Source of the DNA: the human T2T-CHM13v2.0 reference genome, Homo sapiens
Reading direction: 5' to 3' (one strand)
Length of the DNA stretch: 64,000 nt
NCBI RefSeq assembly: GCF_009914755.1
Contig: NC_060929.1
Part shown: positions 30,206-45,270 of the stretch, in pieces
Position numbering within the stretch: the stretch's first letter is position 1
Layout of the letters: the number at the start of each line of letters is the position of its first letter
Notes under the pieces: generated by a model
What the model was told of the DNA's origin: nothing
Seen by the model: the letters and a program-made list of their open reading frames with translations, nothing else
Database searches by the model: none
Made by a program: the position numbers and the translations under genes

Positions 30206-30656
30206 GAGCTCATTGAATATGAAGTTGCCAGACAAGATATAAAATACATACGACTGGATGGGAACATTACCTGCTTTGTGAATGGTGCTGGATTAGCCAT
30301 GGCTACTTGTGATACCATTTTCCTTAGTAGTGGGAAGCCAGTCAACATCTTGGAATCGTGGAGGTGTTGTAAAGGAAGCTCAAGTATATCAAGCATTCAC
30401 ATTGCTCGCAGTTGATCCTAAGGTTGAAGCCATCCTTGTCAATATTTTTGGTAGTATCGTCCACTGTGCTATCATTGCCAATGGGATCACCAAAGCCTTC
30501 CAGGCATTAGAATTGAAGGTGCTCTGGAATGAACCAATGTTCAAGAGGCCCAGAACATACTCAACAATAGTCTAACAGTGGACTCCCCATTATATCAGCC
30601 CAAGAAGGCTGTGGCCAGCATGGCCAATAAGTGATGTCTTTGTCCTGATCAGTTGA

Positions 30657-31063
<407 letters not shown>

Positions 31064-32559
31064 TGTCTGAAAAATCTTAAACCTGTATTTTCTAGAATAA
31101 GATATCTAGACAGCCTAAATCTGATTTTATTTATAGTCTTTATAAAAATAACATCCTGCATTCTCATACTTTTCTGTTATGGTAAGCCTGCTCAATAGGC
31201 AGTGTTTTGCTGACTTTGGGAAGCAGTATATATAGACAAATATTGTGTGCATATTCAGAATTTGAAATCAGGTCCTGGTTCACTTACAAGAATTTTGGTG
31301 GACATCTAATTCTACATAATAAAAAAAAAAAATCACAGGCCACAAAAAAATGCAGGCAAGATTATATTTAATGTATAAACTACCAAAAAGGCACAGCTAA
31401 GACATCCAAACGAAAAGCTATTATACACTACAGCAGCTTTTACAAGTTTTTAATTCCAACACATGTTTGTAAAATATGTGAGTATTCCGAAGTATATTTT
31501 ACCGTGGAATGTCTCCATTAATATACCATATGTGTATTTCATCATTTTCCTTAATATTGAATATACTGTTTAGCTCACACTAAAAAGAAAGCCAGGAGAC
31601 TTATTTGTGATTTTAGAGTAGGAGTTTCCATTTTAGTATCAAAACTGAAGAGTGCTGACTCTTATGGAAATCTCTATAATTAAGTCATTTCACGGTGAGA
31701 CAATGCTAAAGATCAAATTGTGTTGAATATCAGAATCTTCTCTCCTCTCTCATCTCCCACCCCACACCACCCCTGCCCCCCAGAATCTACCAGCTTGTGG
31801 TAGAAAGATGGGAACATGTAATCCAAGGAAATGTGACTTCTTTTCCATGATGTCCATTTTACTTGTGGGAAAAAAATTGAGATAAGGTTTCTGTTCAACT
31901 TTTGGAAAATGTGTGTCTGTATACATATTTAAATGAAATTCTGTTTGTAAACTCTATAATAAAAATACTAATCCAAATACTAATAGCTAATATAGATATT
32001 AACTGTTTTTTAGATTATTACAAATATTATCAGTTTTCCTCTGTAAATATACTTGAGAGTCAGAAAGAAGGCAGAGTAAAACTGCAGTAGGTGCTGTATT
32101 TACACATTTCTTTCCCCTTTGTGAATAAATTATCTTTTTTTTTCCCTTCCATAATTCTGCCTCATTACTTTGCTCTGAGAAATATTTTTCTTAGGTAATT
32201 GGTTTCTTAGTCGGGGAGGTAGGTACTATTCCGTTGGCTAAAAGGAGGCTTAGAATATACCTTTTAAGAAGTCCTTTTGCTTTGATAAATATTGACTCTA
32301 AATATATTGCATGTTGATTATTATGGATCCAAAACAGTATAGGATAACATTATGATTTAAATTCTCATTTTAACAAATCTAATCATCTTCCAATGTCAAA
32401 CAAAACAAATTAAAAAGTGAAAATAAAGCCATCAGCGTACAAATTATTAGAAATATGGTGGTACTCTATCAATGCCATCTGGAAAAATTGTTTATGTGAA
32501 ATGGTATTTTTCCCTATTGGTGAGAGATTTTAGAAGTACACCCTATCAGCCACTTGTTA

Positions 32560-33560
32560 TGGATGGAAAAATTATCTGTGGCAAAGATGTAAATAACTCC
32601 ATGTTTTAGTTAGATAATCATGGGCAAAAAAGAAAAAAAAAGTGAATATAAGATGCAAGGAGCTCTGGGAAGTAGGCACAGTGTGAGAAGATTTTACTGA
32701 CCGTTTATGGCCACCAGAGGTCATCCCCTGTAGAACATGCACAGTCGTCCAATTACCAGAGTAACCATGGTAATGGAAATGGATGTACCCGTAACATGCC
32801 ATTGTTTTCCCCAAAGCTTCTCTAGCTATTTAATCTGCTGAATGTTTGACCCATCAACAACAGGAAACAGCTGTGAATATAACTTTTTCTACATGAATGC
32901 CAATCAGTTACTTAAGGACAAGTTGATTGCATCATTCATCTTTCTCCTTGAAGGAGGCACCAGCTTGCCTTCACTGTGATTGATACATATCCTTATATGG
33001 CCTGACCTTCTCTGACCACACCATCTCAGCCAGAACCACTATCTGAAGACTCACAGAGTGTCTAATTTATCAAACGTAGTGTCTCCCATTATATTATCTT
33101 GGCCCAAAGAACCTACTGCATAGTGAAGGATCATATCAATGGGCACATGACTGCAGGAACCACTAGTCTTAACATACGTCACATCATTAGGAAGCTGCTG
33201 ACCTAATGAAACATTGAGATGGCTACTTAAAGGCATAACTAACACAGCAGGCAGGGATTAATTTCTGGCCTTATTAGAATGATTTCCTAGTTTCAGTGTG
33301 TAAACTCATGGCCTTCTGGGGCACTGTATCTTGGATAGAAAATATAGGTTCAGGAACAAAAGGATAGAAGTAGGAGAGACATCATGCCATTCTCACAATG
33401 TTTTGGTCTGGAAAGATTGGATAAACTATTTCTGGTAGCATGGTGGTCATAAGAGTACTTGTAACAGAGGAAAAAATAAAGTTCCTCCTGAAGTTATATC
33501 TGCTACCTGATTATTTTGGACTTCTCATACTAAGAGACCAGAAGTGTGTGTTTATGGATT
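32560..33560 (+). mobile_element. Ancient ERVL-type integrase remnant
   Basis: Degenerate codons for QVD, TVIDTY, SARTTI*RLTECLI, EAA..L.E..DG.LK follow the ERV-L integrase core order. Confidence 0.7.
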
Positions 33561-34029
33561 TCATACTGAAAAACTGGAAGTTACCAATATAAAAACAGCA
33601 GTAATAGTTGTGTGTGGTAGAAAATATCAACCAAATAAAAAAGTAAAAACTTAATGAAACCATTGTTACTTTTATTTCAAAGGGCTAATCTTTCTGAAAT
33701 AGAATGTGTATTATGTACATATTGTAATGCATTATAAAATATTTATATATTGTAATAATATATTCTTTATTACATATTGTATATACATTATACTGTGTAT
33801 ATATACATTGTGTTTATAATGTATATAAATATATATGTAAAATTCAAAATAAAATGGAGAAAATACTGGAAGAGATGGTTCCCCATAATGCAAACCAAAT
33901 GGTAGTGATTCCTCCTATATAAACACTTAAAATCACATGGGAAGTCTTCCTCCTAGAATTACAAATTCAAAATTCACTGGCTCCCTATTTCTCATCTATA
34001 ATATTGAAACTAATATAAAAATCTGACAT

Positions 34030-36130
34030 CACACTTTGTTACTAAACCTGAAAGTAACAAGCATTCTTATCTATTGCTCGTGGAAGTGGAAAAACATACA
34101 ATCCTGCAGAAGATTTGCCAAACAAACGATTGATGCCTTTAGTCTTCAACAAAGTATTCACATCACTGGAACTGTACCTTCAACATACTTCTGCACAAAT
34201 ATAAAACTTTACACTCATTGTGTCATTGTTGATATTAGCAAAATATTAAACAACAAAAAGTCTCTAGAGATAAAATTTATTAAATAAATTACAGTTCATG
34301 CACTCAACCCAGGAGCAAGTGGTCATTAAAAATGAAGAGGATGTCTCTAGAATTATAGGGAATGATCTCTAGAATATATTGTCTGGTGAAAAAAGCAAGA
34401 TGCATAAGAGTGTATATGATTATATAATATGCACACTCAAAACATAGATTTGTCTATTATTGCCAAAAGAATATTGAAAAAAGTATCCACAAACTATAAA
34501 AGTTGGTTTCATATAAGAAGAGAAAATTGTTAAGAGAATAGGAAAAGTTGTGGTACTTTTCTGAGTACAGCAATATAATGTAGTCTTGCTTCTGCATATG
34601 TAAATGTTTACACACTGAAAATAAATTTAAATAGAAAGAATGAACAGTCTTAAAACTGCAAACAATTTACAATGAATAAATTTAACTCTATTTAAATTAG
34701 TACTATTACTGCCCACAATTAGTACTATAACTGCCTGGAGAAAAATATTTCATATTATTAAAGGATAAAACAAATATATAATGCTAGTGTTATTAAGAAA
34801 TCACACTTTTAAAGCAAAAGGGAAAAAAGATGCAAATATAAAAGTCAAATAAATTACACACAGCCTCTGAAGATTACATTTGAATTTGAAGTATAAATTG
34901 ATGCATTATTTTTAAAATGTATTTTTTTGCCCTGGTGGCTGAAAGATTCAGTGTAATTCTGCAACTTGATGCAATGAGACTCCAGTTGGGTTGCACTCCA
35001 AGAGCTCATATGCTTATTTCTAAATGTTATTTCTACTAAAAGAAACTGAGAAACTTGGTAAAAGATTGGTTTTACTACTGGAAAAGGGAAAATATAAACT
35101 AAGCCTGCCACATGTAAATAGGCAGAGAATATTGGAAGCATGTGGAAAAAAAAGAATACAGAAGCTAGGTTGACAATATTCCCACTGACCACATTTGTGA
35201 CAATTTTGACAATTTGTGACAATTCTTCTAGCAATACAATAAATGCCTACTATTAACTGTAAAGTGTTGGTTAAATTGAATCGGTGAGTCCATAGAGATG
35301 TGTGTGTGTGCTTGTGTGTGTGTGAGAGAGAGAGAGAGACTTAAATACCACCACCAGAAGTGAACCCATTTCCTCACTTTGAAAATTGACAGTTGTAAAT
35401 GAAATAATTAATCAGGAGGACTTACTGTTTTATTAAGAATTCAAATTCAATTACAGTTGAGAAAAATAGAGTATATCAGCTAATAAAATGTAAAAAATAA
35501 TAAAATGTAGAAAATAAATTTGCAAGTACAAAAAAGTAATTGATTCAAGTGATAATCACTAATAATATGCTAAAAACACTCAATAAAACGTTGTCAGCTA
35601 AGAAGATATTTGAAAGATCACAAAGTATTAGCAAACATTATTTACCAATTGCAAGAGGAAATCATATCTTCGTAATGAAGGGATCTGGGAGAAACCAAAC
35701 TGACAAAGTGTTCAACATTTTTTATACTTAAACACTGGCTAAGGGGACATTATATAACCTGCTGAGGTGATGTGATGTGAACCACATCGCATCACCTCCA
35801 AAAGATTCTTGACAAAATGTTTAATCTAGATATAATCTAGCATTTAGACCAGACTTCCAGTTTAATAAATAATACAAATTGTGGGAGACTTGATAAAGGC
35901 TGGCTATCCAATCATGATGACGAAAAAACGAATGGAAACTCTAATTAAATTAGAATAAAATAAATACCATAATAATAACATGCAACGTGTGTAGATAGAT
36001 GGCTAAGACACATACCAAAAGGGTAACAGTTGCTAAGTCTTAATGCTTAGGATATCGGGGTAATGTTCTATTATTTCCAATTTGAACTATGTTATGAATT
36101 TTATTTATAAAAGTTGAAAAATTATAATTT
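34030..36130 (+). mobile_element. Old L1M (ME/MD-type) 3' region fragments
   Basis: A-rich L1M-like motifs (ctattgctcgtggaagtggaaaaacatacaatc; gggaatgatctctagaatatattgtctggtgaaaaaagcaagatgca). Boundaries approximate. Confidence 0.55.
35299..35339. repeat. (TG)n(AG)n compound microsatellite
   Basis: Read directly from sequence. Confidence 0.9.
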
Positions 36131-36189
36131 CAAAACTCTTAAAACTGCTACAGGTGAACTATATTTTTAAGCAAACTATTGCACTTTAA

Positions 36190-36460
36190 TATTTTTAAAT
36201 TAAGGTTTAATTCACATACAATTCACTCTTTTTGGCATATAGTCCTGCTAATTTTGACAAATGCGTTGAATCACATAATTAACACCACAATCAAAAAGTA
36301 GACTTGCTCTCCAAAATTCCCTATTGTTCCTTGTTAGTCCCCTTCCCTACATCCAAATACTGGCAACTATTGATCTTTTTTTCAGAAACCGTAGTTTTGT
36401 TTTGCAAGAATATCAAATAAATGGAAACATACAGCAGGTACCTTCTGAATTTTTCTTTAA
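36190..36460 (-). mobile_element. L1M 3' end fragment
   Basis: aaggtttaattcacatacaattcactc...tggcaactattgatctttt...aaatggaaacatacag. Confidence 0.6.
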
Positions 36461-37666
36461 TAAAAGATCATGTCCAAATCAAGTTATCTCTTCATCAAAT
36501 CTTTCTCATTTATTATTTGTTATTATTTATTTTTTTCTGGTCTTTTATTTCTAGCTAAATGATTTACAATAACTCTAACATCAGAAATGATTTAGTATAG
36601 CACTCACAATGTACAAAACGTGTTCAGCTGACATTAAAGAGTGATAATATAGTACTTTCAGTGTAGAAATTATTGATCAGGATTTTCATATTGTGTGTAA
36701 TGTAAAATTGGGGGGATACTGAAGCTCACTGTGGAACTGCATAGCATGCAAGTCTCCGACTGAAATAAATGAAATATTACGTAACAGGAAAACAGACATA
36801 AGTTAGTCATTTGTTAATTTAATCATTTTATAGCTTAGAGTTGAAATTTGTTTTCTCAAAAATTCAAATCAACAAGAGGCATTGTCCAGAGAAAAAAAAT
36901 TACTTTAAATCAAAAATTTCACTTTAAAATGAACCTATGCACGTATTTGCAACCACAATTAAAAATATATTATTGAAAATAAAAACTAAGAACACGATAG
37001 AATTTAATAGCTTTTAGATAAAATATGGGTGGTTTAACATCTTCAACTTTTCTAAACTTCATGTTTTAATTCTAGTTATAACTAAAACTAGTGTTCCATA
37101 GCATCAAAATATTCACAAGTTTCTCTCAATTCTCTGAGATTTTTTAGACATTTTAGTCAGGAGATCAAGGAGACCCAAATAACTTTTATGAAATATGGAC
37201 ACTATTCTCAGAATCTCTCTGTTTCCTATTTTTTTCCTCCTTATCTAGAAAGCCTAAATTTTCCATCACTTGGTTTATTTTCTCCAATTGTCCAGCATTG
37301 TTTTCTAAACTGAAGTTATTGATTATGTGTATACCTTCAAGTTGATGGAACACTAGGACAGTGATCCAACGACTGAAACGTCAATAAATGGAGCTTAGTG
37401 ATTCCGGAGTCACAGAAAGCACATTATAACCTAATTTGTGGAAGGAGACTGTAAAAATGTTTAAGTTTGGCCACACAAAGTGATAGGATTCCAGTCATGT
37501 TTCCAGAGAATTAATTTATTGAATACAGAAGGTGATGATTGGGGCAGCTGTGAAGGAAGAGAGAAGGAACAGAGGAAGGAGAAAAGAAAGAAAAGAAGGT
37601 CGACTTCCTATATAGCAGTAACTATAAGAAATTTGAATTGTTTATTCAACAAAATCCTCACAGTAA

Positions 37667-37983
<317 letters not shown>

Positions 37984-37989
37984 TAATCT

Positions 37990-38170
37990 TATGAAAGCAT
38001 AACCAACTGATTAAAAGCTTGGCCTCTGAACATTACTGCCTTGTTTTAGTCCCTGACTTCATTGTTTTGCTGTGTTAATTTGGGAAATTTACTTAACCTC
38101 CCTGGGATAGTCTCCTCACCCATTTAGTGAGGATACATTTAATAGCTTTTAGATAAATTATTGATGATTT
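37990..38170 (+). mobile_element. MIR remnant
   Basis: gctgtgttaatttgggaaatttacttaacctccctg resembles the MIR core. Confidence 0.55.
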
Positions 38171-38211
38171 TATAATTCTTTATCTCAATTCCAAAATCCA
38201 ATCAAATCTGA

Positions 38212-38430
38212 ACACTAAATCCTTTATCTACAATTCCAAGCAAACCTGAAACAAATAAGCCTCAAACTCAAGAACCTTTCACAACTCACTTGGCAGCAAA
38301 ATGAGACGTAATCTGAATTCATTTGGTGGCAAGACCTGACCTGAATTAACATGAGACGCTTTAGAATCTTAATTTATGCCACTTAGTGTGACAATCTATG
38401 TTTCACTGAAGAAATATTAGTATAATTGCT
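38212..38430 (+). mobile_element. DNA transposon fragment (MER46C/Tigger-like)
   Basis: ttggtggcaagacctgacctgaattaacatgag...ccacttagtgtga motif; family from memory. Confidence 0.5.
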
Positions 38431-40674
38431 AGTATTTGTTCCAAGTTTAAAGACACAGAAATGAATTAAATCACTTATGCTAATTTCCAAGGATTGAGAT
38501 TTATTTAAAATAGTCTTTCCTCTTAGAGATTCATAAAAATTTATGTAATTTAAGCATTATTCAAAAATGAAATGTGGAATAAAATTACCGTAGAGGCTAT
38601 GGTTGGTTTGGAAAGTAGTATGTGAAACTAAATGGCATTAATGTTGCTTGATTTTATTTACTTTGTTGTTCTTATTTACTTATGTACTTATTTTTATTAA
38701 GTAATAAATAAATACATGTGTACTTAATGTGTATGTGTGTGAGTGTGTGTGTGTAGTTTAATGTTAATTTTCCTGAGTGTGTTTGTGTGTGTATTTATTT
38801 ATGTGTTTGGTCATTTTTATATCTGGAAAGTGAACAGGCTACATTTAAGGAGATAAATCTGTAGAAGATGTATCAAGGAAATTCTAATTCAGAGATTTAT
38901 TGTGATAAATATTAAAAGATGTACAATTTCAATTTACCTATTTTTGAACATTATATTAAACTATCTATTATTAATTATTTTCCCACAATGTAGTGTTTTA
39001 TGTGTTTTTGACACAAGGCTTTCTTTTTCATAAAATAACTTATTTGACTGAACAAGAACATTCAATTTAATAAGTTTTCACACTGCATTTAATAGGATAT
39101 TAGAGGTCTAAGTGAAGGTTTTTTAAAAAACATAACAATTTGTATTTTTCTACTAAAAAATAAACATATGACATTATTTGGTTGATATTTTCATTATGAC
39201 ACTGCTTTGTCTGGTTACTAGGTACTAGTTTCTTTGCAAATCACATGTATGGAGCTAAAGCCAGGTAAATGGCTTAAAACCACCTGCATTTTTATGTGAG
39301 AAAATTATTGACATATTAAAATAGAAATCCTTAATTCCAACAGTAGCGCAATATAAACATTTTGTATCCAAATGCTTCCATCATGAAAAGTTCCCCATAC
39401 TGAAATAGAAGTATTATTTTTAATTTAATACAGATAACTGGATTTTGGATATCTTCTTTAATTTTAGATTTATTCTTTGTCTCCAACTTCCAGTGTTTCC
39501 GCATCACTCCCTATCAGAAAATATGTCTCAGGATTTTTTGCAATCGATTTTTTATTTATACAGCACAGTTAAAATCTGTATGTACACTTTTGAAAACTTT
39601 TAAAACAAAATATTGTTCTTATATTTTTGTTGATTTTTTTAATAAGCTGTCAAATGATTTTGAATTTTAGAATGTGCTAATGAAATAATTAACTATTCCC
39701 AGAATTGTAATATCAAGTGGTGGTTTTGTTTTTGAATGGGATATACAAATATATATGTCATGAATTCTGCACAAAATAGGTAATAAATGTATAAATCCAG
39801 ATGTTAATTCAATAGAAAAATAGCGAGAATACAATGTAATGTATTGTACCATGTAACGTATAATGTAATGTAATATAAAGTATCCACTGCCTCATTCTAA
39901 TTTCAGACTTTTAACCATAGTTTCTAAGTACTGGTAATATCTTTATGAGACTAGTATTTTAGTGTAAAAACAATGTAATAAAAATATTGTTTTGTGATAT
40001 TTATCTTCAATTCATACTAAATGTAAGGTGGTTTCCTGCTTTGTTTTCTTTACATTTCAGTAGTAATTAAGCCTGAAGAGTCTGCTAGTATTCCTCTTAA
40101 AATAAGATGAATATTAAGTCCCTAATTGATTAAAAAAAAAGCTTCAAAGGAAAGCATTAATTGAGTAAACCTTTTTAAAACATTTATTCAGAAAAAAGAA
40201 GAACTCAATATTTATAGTACAAAATTCCACACAGATATAAAAAGAAATTTTCTTAGGCCAGAAGTTCGAGGTCATTTAACTTTGCCAAGGTCTGGAATTT
40301 TCTCAAACATACTTGAAACTAACTCGGATAAGTTTGAGTGTCCATCAAATTTTTACAAGAGACATGAGTTGAAATTACCTGTCATAATAATGGGTATTTA
40401 TCAAAATGAATTTGGATCGCTTCTTTAATTTTAGATTTATTCTTTGTCTCCAACTTCCAGTGTTTTTGCATCACTCCCTATCAGGTTTCTCTCACTTCTA
40501 TTTTTGAGAGCATATAGTTTTGTCATCGTCTAAAGTGAGAGTATTATTAGTCTCCTTAGAATCTTTTTTCCTCTGGAAAATTATGACATTTAAAAAAATT
40601 ACCAGATTTCAATATCTCTCTAATAATAGGAATTCTAAAATAGGAACTAGGAATTGCAATACCTATTCTCTTGA

Positions 40675-41150
40675 TGTGCTGGATATTTTCTTTTTGCCCT
40701 TCCAGACCTCCTCTTTATCCTTTTTCATCCAGCCTGTGACCTGAGCCTCAAGATGAGACAAGATGTCATTAAGCTTTCTGCTTTCTTATTCTCACTAAAT
40801 TCAGTCCACCACAAGAACCAAGAGGAGACCAGAAATGGGAAGACAGTGAAGCCAGGACATTCATACTAGGACTTTTCCCTACCTTTTGCCATGAGTTATC
40901 CATGTCCCTCTATGGGAGGTGGTATTGCTTGTGAGATAGCCTCTTCAGGTTATGTGACCACTCCCTTTATCTCCCTCTGCTTCCTGGTATTGCAAAGGCT
41001 AAGTACTTTGCTGCTCTTTGTCAGTTTTCCCTTTCCTTACGCACAACTTTGGAAATGGTCCATTTATCCAACTTTCTTTTAGCAATTACCCCACTTACAT
41101 ATGCAAACTTTTCCAGATGAAACTTTACTATTGCAACTACTTAACCTGTG
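40675..41150 (+). mobile_element. Old ERVL solo LTR (LTR33/LTR41 group)
   Basis: Start tgtgctggatattttctttttgcccttccagac; LTR-like 3' end. Confidence 0.5.
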
Positions 41151-41365
41151 ATGGGTTGTTGAAAACAAAGCTACAAAACCAGCTACAAAAACAAGCTAAG
41201 TTCATATCCACAAGAGTTAATCTTACATTCCAAACTAAAAATATTTAAAAATATATACATAATCTTAATATTTTAGGTTGAGAAATAATTCCAGGCTATA
41301 AATATAAATCTTCAAAAGTAGATCTAGCTTTGTTTTCTTTCAGAGCAAGTTGCCCTATCTTAGCA

Positions 41366-41750
41366 TGTGTGTTGAATATTCTGTTTTGCCCCCCAAATCT
41401 AATCACATTTCTTTATCTTTCTGTGTGTCCTGTGCCTGATGTTGTCCCAGTGTTCCATTTGAGTTCTCTTGCTCTCTGCTTCTAGCTGATGTTGGTCAAT
41501 GGCTAGCATCAACAGCTGATAAGAAAGAAGTAAAAAGATACATAGGGATATTTATTCTGGATGCTCCTTCCCTGTAATTTTTCAGTCCTAAGGAGGGTTA
41601 AAAGTTTGCCAGTATTGCGAGATGCTGGATGCTTCAGCACCCTTTGATGTTTCCCTTAGCCCTACCCACACTTTAGTAACCATCTTTTCCATAAATGCTA
41701 TTCAGTTACCAGTTGGTGTTTGCCATCACTTTCCTCCCAGGATTTTGAAC
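41366..41750 (+). mobile_element. Old ERVL solo LTR (LTR33/LTR41 group)
   Basis: tgtgttgaatattctgttttgccccccaaatc ... tttgccatcactttcctcccagga. Confidence 0.5.
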
Positions 41751-43421
41751 AAGTTAGCATGTGATTCATTTACAAATTGATTTTTTAAAAATATGATGTT
41801 TGCATCATAAAATAATGTAGTGGTTTTCCTTTTATATGGTATGGGAGTAGAAATTTTTAAACTTATAAAATAGACACCTTTTGTATTCCACAGTCATAAA
41901 AACAATCTAAAAATTTTATTTTTACCCCCAAATTGCCTTAAATCTAAAATGCAACACACAATATTTCAAAAACAACAATTAAAAAATAAGCCAACATGAA
42001 CACAAACAGAGGATTCCTATCAAGGGAGTTGAGAGCTAGGATGATTGTATGTCCAGATGTTTCATTTTACACAGTATCAAGACTAAATTCACAACAGTTT
42101 CCCTGTTCACTGTATAATATATCCCACTAAGACAGTTAGTTTTATGGTCACTGTAGTCATATTACAGTATTATTTTAATATATTAGAAAACATGATATAT
42201 ATTGTGTATTATTTATATCATTTTTAGGCTAAGGTAATTGCTGAAGTCACAAGTTGGATTCATTTTTCTTTCAAAGCTATCAAGAAAGTTGTTTTAGATT
42301 ACATATAAGTTCTCCCCCAACATGGGTGAGTCTGTAATTCAGGGTGAATGATCTGCAAAGATATAAGGCAATATACTTATTATGTTAATTTTCTTCTTTT
42401 GAAAAATAATTATGTACCCTTTTGTGGCATGCAATAAATTATGATGAATGCTAAAGTTTATTTCAAAAAGATGTAGATTTTAATGAAAAATGGATGTGTC
42501 TGCAATAAAACTTCTGAGGGTACACTAAATTTGGCATATGTTTAATAAATATGATAATATTGGGTTTGATATGATTCTAATTTAAAACATCAAATGATTT
42601 AAAAACCTAGACCAGCTTAAAAAATTATCACAAACTTCAACACTCCTATATATGAACCTTTAACTTATATTTTATATAAACCCAAAAAATAAAAATTAAA
42701 AAGCACCCTACCTATATAAATGTTTGTCAGTTTCTTCTCCCCTTGTAGAGATGATTTGTTAGTCATCCTGCTTAGAGAAATATTTTGAATTTCCAACAAT
42801 TATTTTAGTAGGCTTTGGGAATCTAATGTGATTGGAGGAGATTCAGCATTCCTGGTGTAATTTAAGAATAATTGTGACAAGTACCCTTTGACACATTATA
42901 TTTAGTAAATGCCTTAAAATGTTTGAAGGGTGTCAAAATATATCAATCTTTTCAAATATAAAACTCTGTCAAAGACTAAGAAGGTAACAATTAAGGTGAT
43001 GTAGTTCTTGAAGTTATATAACAAATGGCTTTCACATGTTCATTTTTAAAATCAGTAGGAGTGTATCTTCAGATGCAATTCATTAATACATTCTTAAAAT
43101 TAAACGCCACCGTTGTCCTATGTGAAAAAGATATTCCATTTCATTTCTTGTAAGTTTTTTCTCCCCCTCACTTTAGATGCATGAAATTAGTAATGACTTT
43201 TATAATGCATTAAACAGCTTTGGTCTTTAGAAAGAACCATATCCATTCTATGTTAAAGTAAAATAGTTCAAAATTAGATGAAAGCATCTAATTTCATTCT
43301 TCATATGGATAAGCGTGCTGGTTTTCTATTTGTTGCTTCTAAGCTCCAAATTTATTCTTTTTACCTACTCTGTTAAAAAGAAAAGTGTCTTTTTTTTTTT
43401 CTTTGCCAGCTGACAATGAAA

Positions 43422-43992
43422 CTGTGTCAGTGGAGGGTGCTAGTGAGATATTAAAGCCTATTAAAAAAAGAAAAAGAACTCTGCTTCCTGGTTCTGCTGT
43501 ACTCACTTGGCAAGTTCCTGAGGCATATATGGCTTCCTCCCACACGCGGTTCCTGCTATTCCCACAGCTTATCCAGGGGACTCGGCTCCTGCAACACATT
43601 GTGGCCATCAATACCCAGTGGCTACCAGCTCCCCTTGGCATCCAAATTTGGGCAATTTTGTAGCAGAACACCTCCAGAGAAGTTTCTCATGAACAGCCTT
43701 CCCTGGCATACTTGAGGGCAGACTTCCAGCCAGCTCCATTAACATGGTACCACAGCAACTTCTTTGCCATCCAAGAGCCACAGGCACATCCTCGATCTTA
43801 TCCTCAGAGACATAGCTTTTCCTTGGAATATTGGTTGCTTCTCATATCTGCTGTTCCTATATTCTTCACAGTTCGCATTACCTCTTAAGAAGCAATTCCC
43901 GCATTACTTAAATCTTCTATGTTAAAAACTGTGTAATTTTCCTGTTCAAATTACTGTGCGGCTTCTGTTTTTCCCTTGGGCGCAGACTGAGT
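43422..43992 (+). mobile_element. Unclassified old solo LTR
   Basis: GC-richer ~570-bp block starting with TG, with an LTR-like end (cctgttcaaattactgtgcggcttctg...agactga). Confidence 0.45.
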
Positions 43993-44199
43993 CAATAAGT
44001 AATTTGGCAGCACGATTCATTAATTGTCATTTATTTCTACACTTATCTGAATGCTTATTTATACTAAAAGATCTGGGAAAGAATGTTCATCGTAGCCCTA
44101 TTCATAAATATCCAGACAAACAAAAAGGAAACAACACAAATATCTATCAAGTTAGAATGAATAAGTGAATTTCATGCCAATTACAATGTCACATGTTAT

Positions 44200-45270
44200 A
44201 AAGGACAGTTTACCAATTGTTTTCCCAGCAATTGGATAATACTCTGTCTCTCTTGAAGGAGGGCAATGTGTCTTGAAATGTATAGATAGTAGGCGAGGTT
44301 AGTTATAACTTCGACACACACTCTAACAAATAGATCTTGGCCGTTGACCTAGGTATATCCAACCATTTGCCTACATGCGAGTCTGTGAATGTTGAGGTAA
44401 TAATGAAAAGTCTTGTCATTTAGAATTTATTCCAAAAGCGTCCTGAAAATCTCCAGTAGCAACAGCACTACATAGGACATCGTAAGCATTCAGAGTCTGA
44501 GACACATAGGATTCACTGGGGTACCACTGGGTGCTTCCAAATATGGTGACAAAAATCAACCCGCTAAAGGGCTAGTCAAAGGTGAGAGTTATGTTTTATT
44601 AAGAAAGGAAATAAATTATAATTACAGGCTTGGAAGTAGTTCCAACACAGGGATTCTAGCTTGTGGACCTAACCTTCATTTTCACATCATTTTTAGAGAT
44701 TATGGGTAGAGATCACATTAGGGCCTCCATAACAGAGAGGATCAATCAATGTAGCATGAGCACATTTGAATGTTAAAATGGGTAGACAATCAGCACTGTC
44801 TCAGCCTCCTCTGAGTGCGGTTGAAGCCACATATTCCATGAATTCTGAGCTTTCTACCTCCAATACATGTGCCTCTCCGCTCCTGCTTATCAGATTCAGC
44901 ACTTCCTACAGCACCAAGAGAGCTAGCCAGGTCCCCTAGTTTTAGTCCGAGAATGCTTGGAATTTAATGTTGCCAGAGTCAATATTCAACTAGTGAGAGG
45001 CAAAAAAAAAAGCAGAGGCTGGATATTTTAATCTTCTCATCTTTCCTTAGAACATTGCTGAGGTATACAGTTTCTCTGACATTCCTGGGAAGATTGAGCT
45101 TCAGTTGCCCATCTCATTAAACCACTCACAAAATTACCCTTTATTGGTAATTCTTCTCTCTGTTACTTTATTCTACTCTCTCACTTCTACTTCCTGGATC
45201 ACTTACCAAAAATATACCTATGCATAGTCTTTGTTTCAGAATTACTTCTGGGTAAAACTAAACTAAGATG
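44200..45270 (+). mobile_element. ERVL internal 3' remnant followed by an LTR16-like LTR (~44790-45270)
   Basis: LTR16-type end cttcctggatcacttaccaaaaat...aactaaactaagat; cagttgccca and accctttattgg motifs. Confidence 0.55.

Noticed and set aside
29365-30575. SUCLG2-like ORFs as a functional retrogene
   Set aside because: Multiple frameshifts, stops, deletions and an LTR insertion in the CDS.
35190-35226. acatttgtgacaattttgacaatttgtgacaatt mini-repeat
   Set aside because: Short slippage repeat within old L1 sequence; no spacers, not CRISPR-like.
38172-38252. Apparent doubled start of the MER46C-like element
   Set aside because: Too degenerate to separate from the element's own internal repetition.
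43339-43671. Overlapping 92 and 110 aa ORFs with a basic KKRKR stretch
   Set aside because: Within an LTR-like block; the basic run comes from an A-rich tract.
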